Below, one piece after another: positions 11,808 to 26,515 of a stretch of 64,000 nt of DNA. Position 1 is the first letter of the stretch, and each line of letters begins with the position of its first letter. The stretch covers positions 195,734,001 through 195,798,000 of the forward strand of contig OX597814.1 of NCBI GenBank assembly GCA_951406725.2. The letters are read 5' to 3'. The translations under genes and the position numbers were made by a program. The stretch comes from Octopus vulgaris. Its lineage: Eukaryota. The notes under the pieces were generated by a model. The model had not been told where the DNA came from. It searched no databases and saw only the letters and a list, made by a program, of their open reading frames with translations.

Positions 11808-13264
11808 TAGCCTAATGGCTCATCCAGATATTTATAAGCAAAACGCTTTATATATCTTTATATACGTTTCAGCTAACGACTGAATCTGAACAGCCATCTT
11901 CTCTTTTGAATTTCAATCTCGAGTCTGTTTTGTCGCGTATGTCTGGCTTTCATTCATACTTAGTAGAAGACCGATGACAGCCAAGGGCCCTTCCTTTCTT
12001 TTGTTACATTGCTTCAGAAAGAACTATAATCCACAAGAAATCAAAAAAGACAAATTCAAAATAAGAAAGGGATCTAAAGATGTCTTCCTTTGTTTGTATT
12101 CTATAAATGCTATTTGTAGAAATTTTCTTTCAATGAATTTCTTTCTTCACCTTACATTTCGTACTATTCTACGTTCTTTGTTATTCAATTTCACCCACCA
12201 GCCATTATTGATCGTCATTGTTATACACATCTTTAACATTAGCTTTTTACTATCACTTAATACAATACAAAGTAATATTGACGGAAACATTGCTTTTCTT
12301 GCTGGCAATACGTTGTTTCTTTGTATTTTCGTTCAACGTTCAAACACCATGGCCTAAATCTTTGATTTGTTTAAAACAAAAATCACACGCTATTTTCTCT
12401 TTAAATATTTTACAAACCAACCTATTAACTTCTTATACGATTTTGCTAATTTGTTTTCTCCATCTGGACCACTCTCTCCTCACAGCATGATCTACATACT
12501 GTGTATATTGTCAATACTATCCCCTATATTCTGCTCTTCCTGTTAGAGATGCGGCATTTATTTTATCGAAAACCAGAAGCATGAAACTAAACACTACTCC
12601 CAGCGTGATTCGAACTCAGAACATAAGGAAACGCCGTAAGGCATTAGTTCTGTTGTGTACTGTATATTTTGTTCTTCCAATAATCACGTGACCAACCATA
12701 CCTCGCTGGTACTAATGTACTTTGTATCGTTTTAGCTTTCGAATGATGCCACCGTGCTGGTTAGGCGAGCAGACCAACGTTTCCCCTGATTGGAAGACCT
12801 TAGACTACAGCCATGCTGGAGCACTGTCTTGAAATTCTTTATTTTTGCTTCATTGTTTTTTTCCATGCCCGGTATTTATATTATCGGTATCTTTTAGCGA
12901 ACCGCTAAGTCACAGGGTCGTAAACACACTAACAAGAGGTGATGGAGGATAAACATAGACACAATGAACTTACACACACACACACATATATCAAAGGATT
13001 CCACACAGTTTCCATATAGTAAATTCAGCCACGAAGGATGGGTGAATCCGGGGTTTATTTTCTTTCCAACGCCTCCCTTCGGTGTACAAATTCCTCGCAG
13101 ATTAGTATGCAAGTTAAAGAACACAAATCTAGAACGATACCAGTGACATACGGCGGGTGTTTCTTTTTCTTCTGTGATATCATCTCATCAGGTCGGGCAT
13201 TAATTTTGAGAAAGTTTTTATCATTAGAAATATTTAAATGGCCGTTCCAGGCGAAGACAATTGA

Positions 13265-13598
13265 AACCTCCTTCGGTCATGACTGACCATGGGATTGCAC
13301 CTAGAAAGTTACCCTCCCAGGCACAAGTCCGGGCAAGGTTGTTTATGGAAGAGCAGCAGTCGCCCATGCATACCGGTCTCCCCTATCCACGCCACCAGAG
13401 TTATCCAAGGGAAAGGCAAAAACCGATACGGCTTGGCACCAGTGACGTCGCAACTCATTTCTACAGATGAGTGATCTGGAGCAACGTGAAATAAAGTGTC
13501 TTGCTCAAGAACACAACACGCAGCCCGGTCCGGGATTCAAACTCACAACCTCACGATCGTAAGTTTGACGCTCTAACCACTGAACTATGCGCCTTCAC
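13265..13598 (-). mobile_element. tRNA-derived SINE family D
   Basis: Minus head GTGAAGGCGCATAGTTCAGTGGTTAGAGCG...GAGTTTGAATCCC, then TTCTTGAGCAAGACACTT. Partial copies at 20815-20941 and about 32495-32625. Confidence 0.8.
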
Positions 13599-13807
13599 TA
13601 CAGGCGAAGACAATAGTTATGACATTAACAACATTGTATATTGTATACTCCATAAATATTGACACAGGTGCAAGCAACAAAGAACAATTATAACATCTAC
13701 ATTGAAATTGATAAATCAACATATAACATACACACACACACGCACACACACACGCACACGCACACACGTACACACACGCAAGTACACACACACAAACCGT
13801 CACTCAC

Positions 13808-13893
<86 letters not shown>

Positions 13894-13910
13894 CATGTAT
13901 CCATCTATTC

Positions 13911-13976
<66 letters not shown>

Positions 13977-13985
13977 TTATCTATC
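13808..13985. repeat. (TATC)n microsatellite
   Basis: Directly visible; similar tracts at 38635-38782 and 48468-48557. Confidence 0.95.
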
Positions 13986-14045
13986 AACCTAACTATCTTT
14001 ATGTCTCTCTGTCTGTCTAGCTATCTTTCTTTCTTTCTCCCTCTT

Positions 14046-14077
<32 letters not shown>

Positions 14078-14589
14078 CCTATGAATAAAATCTGTTAAAC
14101 ATTCTACCCGGCAAGAGACCGATAGAATAAGTACTAGGCTTACAAAAAAATAAGTCCTGGGGTCGATTTGCTCGACTAAAGGCGGTGCTCCAGCATGGCC
14201 ACATTCAAATGACTGAAACAAGTGAAAGAGTGAATGAGAGTATATCTGTCATACAAACATACATACATACACCGTTAGTGCTGAAATCCTTCTAGCTCTT
14301 ACATTAACCGATCTATTTATTTTCTTCTTATCTTCCCCTCACCCCCCGTAATCTGTCATTCCATTCATCGCCATTTCATCTTTATCATGATCGATTTGCC
14401 TATTATTCTCTTTTCTCTTTTTTCGTATCTGCCTGCAACTAATTTTTAGTGGATAATAGAATGAAATTCATCGTAAAACGACGGGAAAATGTACAGAAGA
14501 AATTGGGAAAATGATTTGTTTTCAAATACTTCTGCTTGTCAGTCATGATTTGTGACCGTGTTTGACGATAAACGATACGACTAATAATT

Positions 14590-15700
14590 GTTTTCAATTT
14601 AGTCACAAGGCCAGCAATATTGGTTCCAAATTTAGGCACGAGGCCAGAAATTTGGAGCGAGGGTACAAGTCGATTGCATTGACACCAGCGCTCAACTGTT
14701 ACTTATTTTATCGACCCCGGCGACGTTTGAATTCAGAACGTCAAGTCGAAAGAAGTGCCGCGAAGCATTGCTTTCCAGCGCCATAACAATTTTGCCAGCT
14801 CGCCGCCTTAATAAGAGCAGCAATCTTAGTATCAAATTTTAGCACAAGGCCAGCAAATTAGGGTGAGGTCAAGTCGATTGGGTCGATCCCAGTGATGCGC
14901 TTCTACTTGATTTATGGACCCTGAAAGGAGAAAAGGCGAAGTCGGCCCCAGCAGCATTTCAACTCAGAACTTAATGTCGGAAGAAATGCCGTTAAGTATT
15001 TCTCATCGCGGTAACGATTCTTATTTCTTTATTGCCTACAAGGGGCTACACACAGAGGAAACAAACAAGGACAGACAAACGGATTAAGTCGGTTATCTCG
15101 ACCTCAGTGTGTAACTGGTACATATTTAATCGACCCCGAAAGGATCAAAGGCAAAGTCGACACAATACCTTATGAACGCTATCCGCAGAGGTTAACTTTC
15201 AAAAGAAATACTGTGAGTTCGGGATTTTGGCAATACATAATCATCAGAAAGAAGATATAAGCTATAAAAAAGATGACCGATTGAGGTACCAAGAGAAGCA
15301 GTCTTGAGGGAAGGGGTCCGGTCGATAAGATCGACGCTGGTACTTGATGGTGCTTCATCTTATCGACAACGAAACGAGGAAAAGCAAATTTGACCTCGTG
15401 GAGACTTGAAGGCAGAGGTAAAAAGTGAAGAAATACCACAAGGTATTTTGTTCGACGCCCTAACGAATCTGCCAATGTTGCACTCTAACAAAGATAATGG
15501 CTTCTAACATAGTTACAAGACCTGAGGTTAGGGAATAACCGATTATATTATCCCCAGTATTTGAGTGGTACGCAATTTTATCTTCCTCGGAAAGATAAAA
15601 AGCAAACTTGACCAAGGTGAGATTTGAACTCAGAATGTAGAGAACAGGTATAAAGATCATAAATCATTTTAACCAATGTTCTAATGATTCTGCCAATGAT
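14590..15700 (-). mobile_element. cluster of co-oriented, variably decayed SINE family A copies
   Basis: At least five successive partial copies (about 14600-14810, 14835-15020, 15022-15162, 15285-15477, 15510-15697), all on the minus strand. Confidence 0.7.
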
Positions 15701-16012
15701 AATTCTCTGAAAATTTCTTCGTTATAATATTGGCCATTCCAATAAATATTAGGACTTGTTTCATGAGTAAAATTGAGTCAATGTATCTGTGTGTGTGTGT
15801 ATGTGTGTGTGTGTGTGTCTGTTGTGGTGCTAAAGAAGAAGCAATAAATGGAATGTGCATACACTTCCATTACATATTTTTCTATCTTTGATTGCATTGT
15901 TTACATAGACGTATTCGTATTCGAAAGGTCGTAATATTCAATAATGGCTCTAAATTCTACAGATCTGTAGAGATAGATTTATACATACACGCGCGCACAC
16001 ACACAGACACAT

Positions 16013-16043
<31 letters not shown>

Positions 16044-16124
16044 CATACATAAACACATACACACACATATACAATACACATACGTACATAGATACTTATA
16101 TAGCTATATTATTATATATGTATA

Positions 16125-16419
<295 letters not shown>

Positions 16420-16829
16420 GAAATGGGTAGTTGCCAACATGATGTGGCTGTCGCGAAAGAGACGGTGTTACAGTTGTTTTAGCCTCAAGAAACATTGTTT
16501 CTAGCTGGCTATACGATACAGTGTCTGTGTGCTTATATTTTCGAACAGGGAGCTCAGCATCCCCCTCTAGCACCGCTGGATGGAGATGCTTAGCTCCCTG
16601 TTTGGGGACAGCCACATTATGTTGGCAAATAGCCTTAAGCAAAAGAACTGTTACTGAATGTCTCTCTTTGAGAGATTTAGAGATACTAATATATATATTA
16701 TCTAAATACCAAACAAGGAGATGTAAACCGCAGTGATAAACACCAACTACGGCCAATTTGTAGTAGTATAAACACTTATAATATAGCTAACACGGTATCA
16801 ACGACAGTAAATGGAGTCAGGACTGCTCA

Positions 16830-17215
16830 GGCAGAGAAAAATCAAAATGTCCTTTGAGGAATCTATGTATGAATACAAATATTGTATATAAATGTACCGT
16901 GCACACAAGGGAAGGCCCATATGTTTACATTGGGCAGACGGCTGATTCATTTAAGAATCGTTATCGTAACCATGTTGCCAGCTTTAAGACAATAAGAGTC
17001 ATTCAACATCTTTGGCAGATTTTGTATGGCGACTGAAGGAGGATAAAATAAAGTACATAATTAATTGGTTCAGAGTAAGGTACGTGAAACCATACAATGC
17101 AATTTCCAGGAGATGCCGTCTCTGCTCCGAGGAATCTTTGTGTATTCTGCGGACTAACGAGATCATTAATAGAATTTCTGAACGACTCTCGAGAAGCCTA
17201 CACACATATGAATGA
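16830..17215 (+). mobile_element. Penelope-like GIY-YIG endonuclease, frameshifted
   Basis: CMNTNIVYKCTVHTREGPYVYIGQTADSFKNRYRNHVASFK / STSLADFVWRLKEDKIKYIINW...PYNAISRRCRLCSEE. Flanks 16420-17700 also look element-derived. Confidence 0.85.
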
Positions 17216-17750
17216 ATTAATTTAATTTAAGGTATGGATGACTTAAGTTACTTTTAAACTCCCCATTCTTATAAACACCAAGTAGAAAGCTAACTCACTT
17301 AGTGATCATGACTGTACCAAACCTCACGTGTGCGTATGCTAACATTTTTGCGGATGCCTGCATGTGTGGGTGTACTCGCGCTATGCAATTTGCCCGAGGG
17401 CGTTTATACATCCATATTTGTTAACGGTTATTTTTAATACTCTTCACACTGTATTGCGTGTATACAGTTAATCAGAGCCGGGAAGATTCTTTATTTTTTC
17501 TCTTTACCTGCATGAGTTGTTGAGTATTGTTGTCTGGGAGACATCTTATAGTAGTAGAATAGTAGTTTTTAACTGCTATTTCTAAATTTTGCTGAACCCT
17601 AATTAAAATTATACTCATAGAATTTTTGTATAAGTTTACTGATAATGGCTCTTTTAACATACCGAACTACTTCGTAAAATTATTAATTATTTATTTATTT
17701 AATTAATTAATTTTACCCTTTATTATTATTGATAACAGACACACACACAT

Positions 17751-17837
<87 letters not shown>

Positions 17838-18417
17838 TACACGCACACACACACACATATGTATATCTTTATCACAAGCACGGGTGCGTAGTTATATATA
17901 TGTATGTATGTATTGTAGCAAATGTAACTTCACGTGAGACCAATAAACTTGTAACCGAGTTTAGTCGAATCTCTGTCATCAGGAAAAAATGATCAACACA
18001 AGGGAAACAATGAAAACAAAATGTTTTCTATTCTGTTTCAATGACTGAATCAATTTACTCTACTCGCTGTTCAATGAACCGAGTTATGAGAAACACTCCT
18101 TTGTTTTTGTTTTTTGTTTTTTTTTGTTTTTTTGTTTTTGTTTTTTTTTTCTTCTTCTTCTCTCTTCTTCTGATAATGAATTATAGTTGTTTTACTGATG
18201 TTCAGCTTACTTGCGAAGTGTTTGGTTAAAAGCTAAAAAATTTATGATCTAAAACGCAGATTTAGTGCAAAGATATTTGCGGGTTTATTTAGAAGAGAGG
18301 AGCTCTAACAAGGATTAAAAGTATTTTGTGCAGTAATTTCAGGTGTTTTAAGCATACACTTTTTCCCCGTCTCCCTCCATTCTCATCTCTCCTTCCCCCA
18401 CTCTCCCACATCTTCCT

Positions 18418-19387
18418 ATTTCTTTATTACCCACAAGGGGCTAAACACAGAGGGAACAAAAAAGGACAGACATAGGTATTAAGTCGATTACATCGACCCC
18501 AGTTCGTAACTGGTACTTAATTTCTCAACCCCGAAAGGATGAAAGGCAAAGTCGACCTCGGCGGAATTTGAACTCACAACGTAACGCAGACGAAATACCT
18601 ATTACTTTACTACCCACAAGGGGCTAAACGCAGGGGGGACAAACAAGGACAGACAAACGGATTAAGTCGATTATATCGACCCCAGTGCGTAACTGGTACT
18701 TATTTAATCGACCCCGAAAGGATGAAAGGCAAAGTCGACCTGGGCGGAATTTGAACTCACAACGTAACGCAGACGAAATACCTATTTCTTTACTACCCAC
18801 AAGGGGCTAAACATAGAGGGGACAAACAAGGACAGACAAACGGATTAAGTTGATTATATCGACCCCAGTGCGTAATTGGTACTTAATTTATCGACCCCGA
18901 AAGGATGAAAGGCAAAGTCGACCTCGGCGGAATTTGAACTCACAAGGTAACGCAGACGAAATACCTATTTCTTTACTACCCACAAGGGGCTAAGCATAGA
19001 GGGGACAAACAAGGATAGACAAAGGTATTAAGTCGATTACATCGACCCCAGTTCGTAACTGGTACTTAATTTATCAACCCCGAAAGGATGAGAGGCAAAG
19101 TCGACCTCGGCGGAATTTGAACTCACAACGTAACGCAGACGAAATACCTATTTCTTTATTGCCCACAAGGGGCTAAACATAGAAGGGACAAACAAAGACT
19201 GACAAAGGGATTAAGTCAACTACATCGACCCCAGTGCGTAACTGGTACTTATTTAATCGACCCCGAAAGGATGAAAGGCAAAGTCGACCTCGGCGGAATT
19301 TGAACTCAGAACGTAGCGGCCGACGAAATACTGCAAAGCATTTCGCCCGGCGTGCTAACGATTCTGCCAGCTCACCGCCTTCTGCCA
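18418..19387 (-). mobile_element. pentameric SINE family A insertion
   Basis: Five units at an exact 183 bp period (18415, 18598, 18781, 18964, 19147), one head, and TSD ACTCTCCCACATCTTCCT at 18400-18417 and 19388-19405. Confidence 0.9.
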
Positions 19388-19532
19388 ACTCTCCCACATC
19401 TTCCTCCCTCACCCTCTCTAAACATCTGTTCATATAAAATTGGCATGAGCGATTCTTTCTTGTATATGTTCATTGTCTTGGGATTCACGGTCAAACGGGT
19501 GGGTGGAATTGTGCGAAAATTTACACAGATAT

Positions 19533-19950
19533 AGGCGCAGGAGTGGCTGTGTGGTAAGTAGCTTGCTAACCAACCACATGGTTCCGGGTTCAGTCCCACT
19601 GCGTGGCATCTTGGGCAAGTGTCTTCTGCTATAGCCCCGGGCCGACCAATGCCTTGTTAGTAGATTTGGTAGATGGAAACTGATAGAAGCCTGTCGTATA
19701 TATGTATATATATATATGTACGTGTGTGTGTGTTTGTGTGTCTGTGTTTGTCCCCCTAGCATTGCTTGACAACCGATGCTGGTGTGTTTACATCCCCGTC
19801 ACTTAGTGGTTCGGCAAAAGAGACCGATAGAATAAGTACTGGGCTTACAAAGAATAAGTCCCGGGGTTGATTTGCTCGACTAAAGGCGGTGCTCCAGCAT
19901 GGCTGCAGTCAAATGATTGAAACAAGTAAAAGAGTAAAAGAGTAAAAGAG
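19533..19950 (+). mobile_element. SINE family B, full length
   Basis: GGCGCAGGAGTGGCTGTGTGG head to (GTAAAAGA)n tail. Confidence 0.9.
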
Positions 19951-20999
19951 ATGTGTAGAATGATCCGGTGGTGTTGCTGGGCTTGTATTCTTTTCATAGC
20001 TTCCATGTTTACCGAGATAATCTATTATAATAATACTCTTGTGTTTATGAATGAGCAAGGAAGGGGTGGTAGATGAATAAAGAAGGAAGGGGTGATGTCA
20101 TACTTGGTAGTGGGATGATGAAAATTGTACGCTGAAAAAATAAATCAAACAACGTTTCAACTCTGTGTGAATATATGTGTGTATGTAAAAGGGGGTATGT
20201 GAACGTGTGTGTGGACGTGTGTGTGTGTGTTTGTGTGTGTATATGTGTGTATGTGTGCGCAATAGAAGTGGAATGGTTAACATTCAACGCTGAAAAGAAA
20301 AGATCAAACAGCGTTTCAACTCTGTGTATTTGGTATTTACTTACCAGCTTTTGTATTTAATCAAGGCCAGCTTTATGTGGCCTTAAGTCGGACAAAAAAG
20401 AAGGAAAAATATACATATACGACAGGCTTCTTTCAGTTTCCGTCTACCAAAGGGTTTGGGCGGCCTGAGACTATAGTAGAAGACACTTGCTCAAGCTGTC
20501 AGGCATATTTCGTTGTTAAGAAGCTCCTTTTGTAACAGCGTGGTTTCAGCTTCAGTCGCGGCAGCTTGGTTCTCTTCTACTGTAGCCCTGGACCAACAAA
20601 TCGCTTGTGTACACGAAAACTGACTGGAAGCCCGTTATATATACACACACATACATAGATACATACAAAAAGACAGTCATACAATCTACAGGCACTCTGT
20701 CGGTTAGGGCGACGAGGGTTCCAGCCTGTTCGTGAAATTAAACATGCAAGTGGCTGAGCACTCCACAGACGTAGTTCTCAGGGAGAACACATATTTGTAC
20801 TACACACTTTTGTCTGGTAAGTGAACTGGAGCAACGTGAAATAAAATGTCTTGCTTAAGGACACAACGCGTGGCCGGGAATTGAACACATGACCTTACGA
20901 TCGTGAGGCGAATACTTTAACCACTACGCTACGCGCCTTCACAGACAGATATACACATATGCATGCATACATACATAAAATGTCGTCACGGTAGTACCT

Positions 21000-21178
21000 G
21001 TTTCTTTACTACCCACAAGGGGCTAAACACAGAGAGGACAAACGAGGACAGACAAACGGATTAAATCGATCATATCGACCCCAGTGCGTAACTGGTACTT
21101 ATTTAATCGACCCCGAACGGATGAAAGGCAAAGTCGACCTCGGCTGAATTTGAACTCAGAACATAACGTCAGACGAAC
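21000..21178 (-). mobile_element. headless single unit of SINE family A
   Basis: Core plus tail unit without the 5' tRNA head. Confidence 0.8.
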
Positions 21179-21484
21179 CTCCCTACGCGGAACGATGTTA
21201 CTGCTAAAACAATTTACAATGCCATCTGCAAGAAAGACGGCCCTGAAATAAACTTAGAAAATCTCTCTGTTATGGAAGACATTCATAAACACCAACTGAA
21301 GGAATACTGGGGGAATATTCCCATCAAAACATTAAAACCTGCAATTTTTTTTCTTAATTTCTTCGGATTCCTAGGTTTTAAATGTTGAGATTACGAATAT
21401 CCAAAAACTAGTTTTCAAAATTTTAACCCCCACCCCACTACCCCCATTTTAAATGTATTGTTATATAGAAATTTGTGTAAAAAT

Positions 21485-21717
21485 ATATTTATTTATTGTC
21501 CACAAGGGGCTAAACATAGAAGGGACAAACAAAGACTGACAAAGGGATTAAGTCAACTACATCGACCCCAGTGCGTAACTGGTACTTTATTTATCAACCC
21601 CGAAAGGATGAAAGGCAAAGTCGACCTCGGCGGAATTTGAACTCAGAACGTAGCGACAGACGAAATACTGCTGAGCATTTCGCCCGGCGTGCTAACGTTT
21701 CTGCCAGCTCGCCGCCT
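21485..21717 (-). mobile_element. monomeric SINE family A with 17 bp TSD
   Basis: TSD GAAATTTGTGTAAAAAT at 21468-21484 and 21718-21734. Confidence 0.9.
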
Positions 21718-21935
21718 GAAATTTGTGTAAAAATTTAATTAAAGCAGGTATGTAAAGTACACTTTCTACGTTACTTGGCTAAACTGTAGAAACTGTTGTT
21801 TTGGTATTGTTGTTAAAATCCCCGTATTTTGGCACGTAGATTGAAAAAGAAAATTTCGAAATAAGTTTGAAAGGTAGTAAAATTAAAAAAAAACAAAAGA
21901 CTAGGCGGCCCGGGTTCGATTCCTAGCGCGTTTAT

Positions 21936-22098
21936 AGGTGTAGGAGTGGCTGTGTGGTAAGTAACTTGCTTACCAGTCACATGGTTCCGGGCTCAGTCCC
22001 ACTACGTAACACCTTGGGCAAGTGTCTTCTACTATAGCCTCCGGCCGACCAAAGCCTTGTGAGTGGAGTTGGTAGACGGAAACTGAAAGAAGCTCGTC

Positions 22099-22146
<48 letters not shown>

Positions 22147-22540
22147 GTCTCTCTCTCTATCCGCTCTGTCGAAGTCAACTCTCGGTCACTCGTTGGATCA
22201 GTGTCCTCCAGTCAGTTCTATCCTGGGCCGCTTCCTTCAGATTGGCCATGTCGATTCCGGTATCACTCCTGATGGTGTCAAGCCAGCGGCCTCTTCCTCT
22301 CTTGCCACACATGTATGTGTGAGTATATGTTTGTGTGTCTGTGTTTGACCCCGCCCACAACATCGCTTGACAACCGATGCTGGTGTGTTTACGTCCCCGT
22401 AACTTAGCGGTTCGGTAAAAGACACCGATAGAATAAGTACTAGGCTTACAAAGAATAAGTCCTGGGGGCGATTTGCTCGACCAAAGGCAGTGCTCCAGCA
22501 TGGCCACAGTCAAATAACTGAAACAAGTAAAAGAGTAAAA
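21936..22540 (+). mobile_element. SINE family B interrupted by an RTE fragment
   Basis: Head at 21936, tail at 22540, foreign insert in the internal microsatellite. Confidence 0.9.
22149..22308 (-). mobile_element. RTE/BovB-like LINE 3' end
   Basis: GKRGRGRWLDTIRSDTGIDMANLKEAAQDRTDWRTLIQRVTES matches the RTE C-terminal RW...DR..WR motif; (AG)n tail; ACATGT duplicated at 22143-22148 and 22309-22314. Confidence 0.85.
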
Positions 22541-22993
22541 TAGCATATCCGTAACCTCTGACATATAAAACCTAGGAATCCAAAGAAATGTTTTTAAACC
22601 CCCCCCCCCAAAAAGTACTTTTGAGGATGACGTGCGAAACTGCACTAGCCCCGGGTGGACCCCATAGCCGTTCGATGTTTAAAAAATCCTATATAGCCTT
22701 ATAATTAAATATTTTATTAAGAATTGTATAAAAGGTGTCTAATTATTTTCTGTATTGTGAACCAATAATCAATTTATTGGTCTGAAGCACAATTATTTTC
22801 ATGGAGCTGAAGAAATCACCGTGCACCCCGAATTTGCACTATTGCATCTGTGGACTGCACAATATCTAATATGGACACCCCGGTACATATGGACCTTGGT
22901 TGAGAATCCCTGGACTAAAAACAAAAACAAAACACATTCGAAGCAGTGCTTCCGCATGGCCGTAGCCCGATGATTGATAAAAGTAAACAGATA

Positions 22994-23515
<522 letters not shown>

Positions 23516-23868
23516 AAATAGATAACGGGTTAAAAGACTAAACTCTTTGTTTCATTTTGGCTTCGAGAATCCCCTCTGATTTGCTTATAGTGCCAGCGTG
23601 GTTTATTTAACAGTTTTAAAATAAAATTTTATTAGAATGTTTTAAATATTTGAAAGGGTTATTATTTTTTTTTTATTTTGTATTATGTGCAAAGACACCG
23701 ATTTTGCAGTAAAAGCTAAATCAATCGTAGGATAAATAAATCTCACCTTCAATGTTTTGTGTTTACACTTAATTCAAATCAATAAATATAAATATAAATA
23801 TGATAGCTTGATCATATTATGAGGTAACAAAAAAAAGCACACACACATGTACATACACAAGTATATGT

Positions 23869-23967
<99 letters not shown>

Positions 23968-24108
23968 CACATATATGTGTATATACGTGTGTGTGTATAT
24001 TTAATTGTTTTCAGATATGACTAAACGGGCCTTTATATAAGTTGTAAGTTCTAAGGTTTCGCATAAATTTAACAGGAGTTAATGTTATTGTACAAGAGTG
24101 TTTACAGT

Positions 24109-24139
<31 letters not shown>

Positions 24140-24143
24140 CACG

Positions 24144-24189
<46 letters not shown>

Positions 24190-24234
24190 AATAAACATAC
24201 ACTATATATGCATATATGTGTATGTGCGAGTGTT

Positions 24235-24269
<35 letters not shown>

Positions 24270-24332
24270 ATATATATGTATATATATATGTATGTATATA
24301 TATATGTATATATATATATATTTATATATATA

Positions 24333-24382
<50 letters not shown>

Positions 24383-24508
24383 TTCATGTTTTTATATGTA
24401 TTGTTTTTAGTAACACCTCTCATAAACTCTATGGTTTCATATAAAGGTTAATATTGTTGTACTCGAGAGTATATAGTATATATTCTTTTATGTATGCGTG
24501 TGTATACG

Positions 24509-24576
<68 letters not shown>

Positions 24577-24934
24577 ATATATATCTGTATATATGTATAT
24601 ATATATATATGTGTATATATATACGTATGTATGTATATATATATATATATATCTTCTGCAAAATGTGAATAAAAATATATATATACTGAAATATTGGGTT
24701 CTATTTTTCGTGTTTGCACCAACATATCCTCTATGGATGTGTGTGTGTGTGTGTGTGTATAATTGTTTTTAGATACGTCTTAACAACTCGTTGTATAAAT
24801 TCTAACGCCGTTAACACTTCTTGAAACCGCCTCTGTCTCTTTAATATAATATCTTGTTTTCAAAAGTTCTGAATTAAAATCTTCCACCGAACTCTTGTCA
24901 TAATTTATGTCCCTAACACAAGCTTAATGATAAC

Positions 24935-25356
24935 TCTTTACTCTTTTACTCTTTTACTTGTTTCAGTCATTTGACTGCGGCCATGCTGGAGCACCACCTT
25001 TTTTTTAATCGAGCAACTCGACCCCGGGACTTATTCTTTTGTAAGCCCAGTACTTATTCTATCGGTCTCTTTTGCCCAACCGCTAAGTGACGGGGACATA
25101 AACACACCAGCATCGGTTGTCAAGCAATGCTAGGGGGACAAACACAGACACACAGACACATACGCACACACATATATATATACATATATACGACGGGATT
25201 CTTTCAGTTTCCATCTACCAAATCCACTCACAAGGCTTTGGTCGGCCCGAGGCTATAGTAGAAGACACTTGCGCAAGATGCCACGCGGTGGGACTGAACC
25301 CGGAACCATGTGGTTGGTACTTATCATGTACTTACCACACAGCCACTCCTACGCCT
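24935..25356 (-). mobile_element. SINE family B, full length
   Basis: Reverse complement of 22994-23515, sharing diagnostic variants. Confidence 0.9.
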
Positions 25357-26249
25357 AAGTAATTTTACTAAATTCTGTGTTATATTCAAAATTAATTGAA
25401 AGAAACACAGAGCATCTCAACAGAAACTTGGCAACAAAACATTGTTGTACACGTGCATATACACTATCTCTGTGATAATCTGTTGAATTTACTCTCGGAT
25501 ACCTTAACAATGATTGCGTCAACACGGCGAAAACCGAGCGGTTGTTGTTATTGTAATGGTTGTGGTGGTGACGGCAGTAAGAATCACTAAATTGAGAAAT
25601 AGGCATCCTCGTGAAGAGGCAAACAAAAAGGCTATAGAAAGCAACATTGTATATATATACACACTTATGTTTCGCTGGTTTATTATCTTTGCTATATGAG
25701 ACTTTGAGAAGGAGGAATTTATTTCACGTGAAACACAGGCTGTGTTGTTGAAATTGTAAAGGATCTTGTAGATCTGAAAAGCAGTAATGACATAAGCGAA
25801 ACATTTACAGCTTAGATCAAAACCTTGATTGCGAAGCTGGTTCAAGGAGGTCTTAATGCTACATCAAAATACCTTGTTTCTTCCTTTCAAACAATTATTT
25901 CAAACATGAATGAACTTTAGTGGTTTTTAGTGAATGAGAAATAAGATGTGTTCGGCTTTTAAACAGTAAATTAGTGAGAATCTCAACCGGATTATGGTTC
26001 AATTGACAGCGAGATCCCTCGACACGGTAACTATATCGATATAATCTCAATGAGACTCCATTCTTACTTCTGAAGTCAATTTGGAAGCGCTTATGCACAT
26101 ACATGCACGTACCTCACAGATTCGCACATAGATGTGTACGTACATACATGCATAATACATACATACAGACAGACACTCATACATAAATGCAAACACAAAC
26201 ACACACATATATATAAAAATATACAAATATAAATGTGTATATATATGTA

Positions 26250-26313
<64 letters not shown>

Positions 26314-26457
26314 TAAATATACATTTATATTATTTGTGTATATATATATATACAAATAATACAAATATAAATGTATATATATATATGTATGTTATATATA
26401 TATATATATGTATGTATATATATATACAAATAATACAAATATAAATATAAAATATAA

Positions 26458-26515
<58 letters not shown>

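Noticed and set aside
11974-12357. 127 aa non-repetitive ORF
   Set aside because: No recognisable motif, F/L/I-biased composition expected from T-rich DNA, and no convincing splice signals.
18415-19380. Regular array that might suggest CRISPR or satellite
   Set aside because: Units are whole 183 bp SINE bodies with no unique spacers, in a eukaryotic context.
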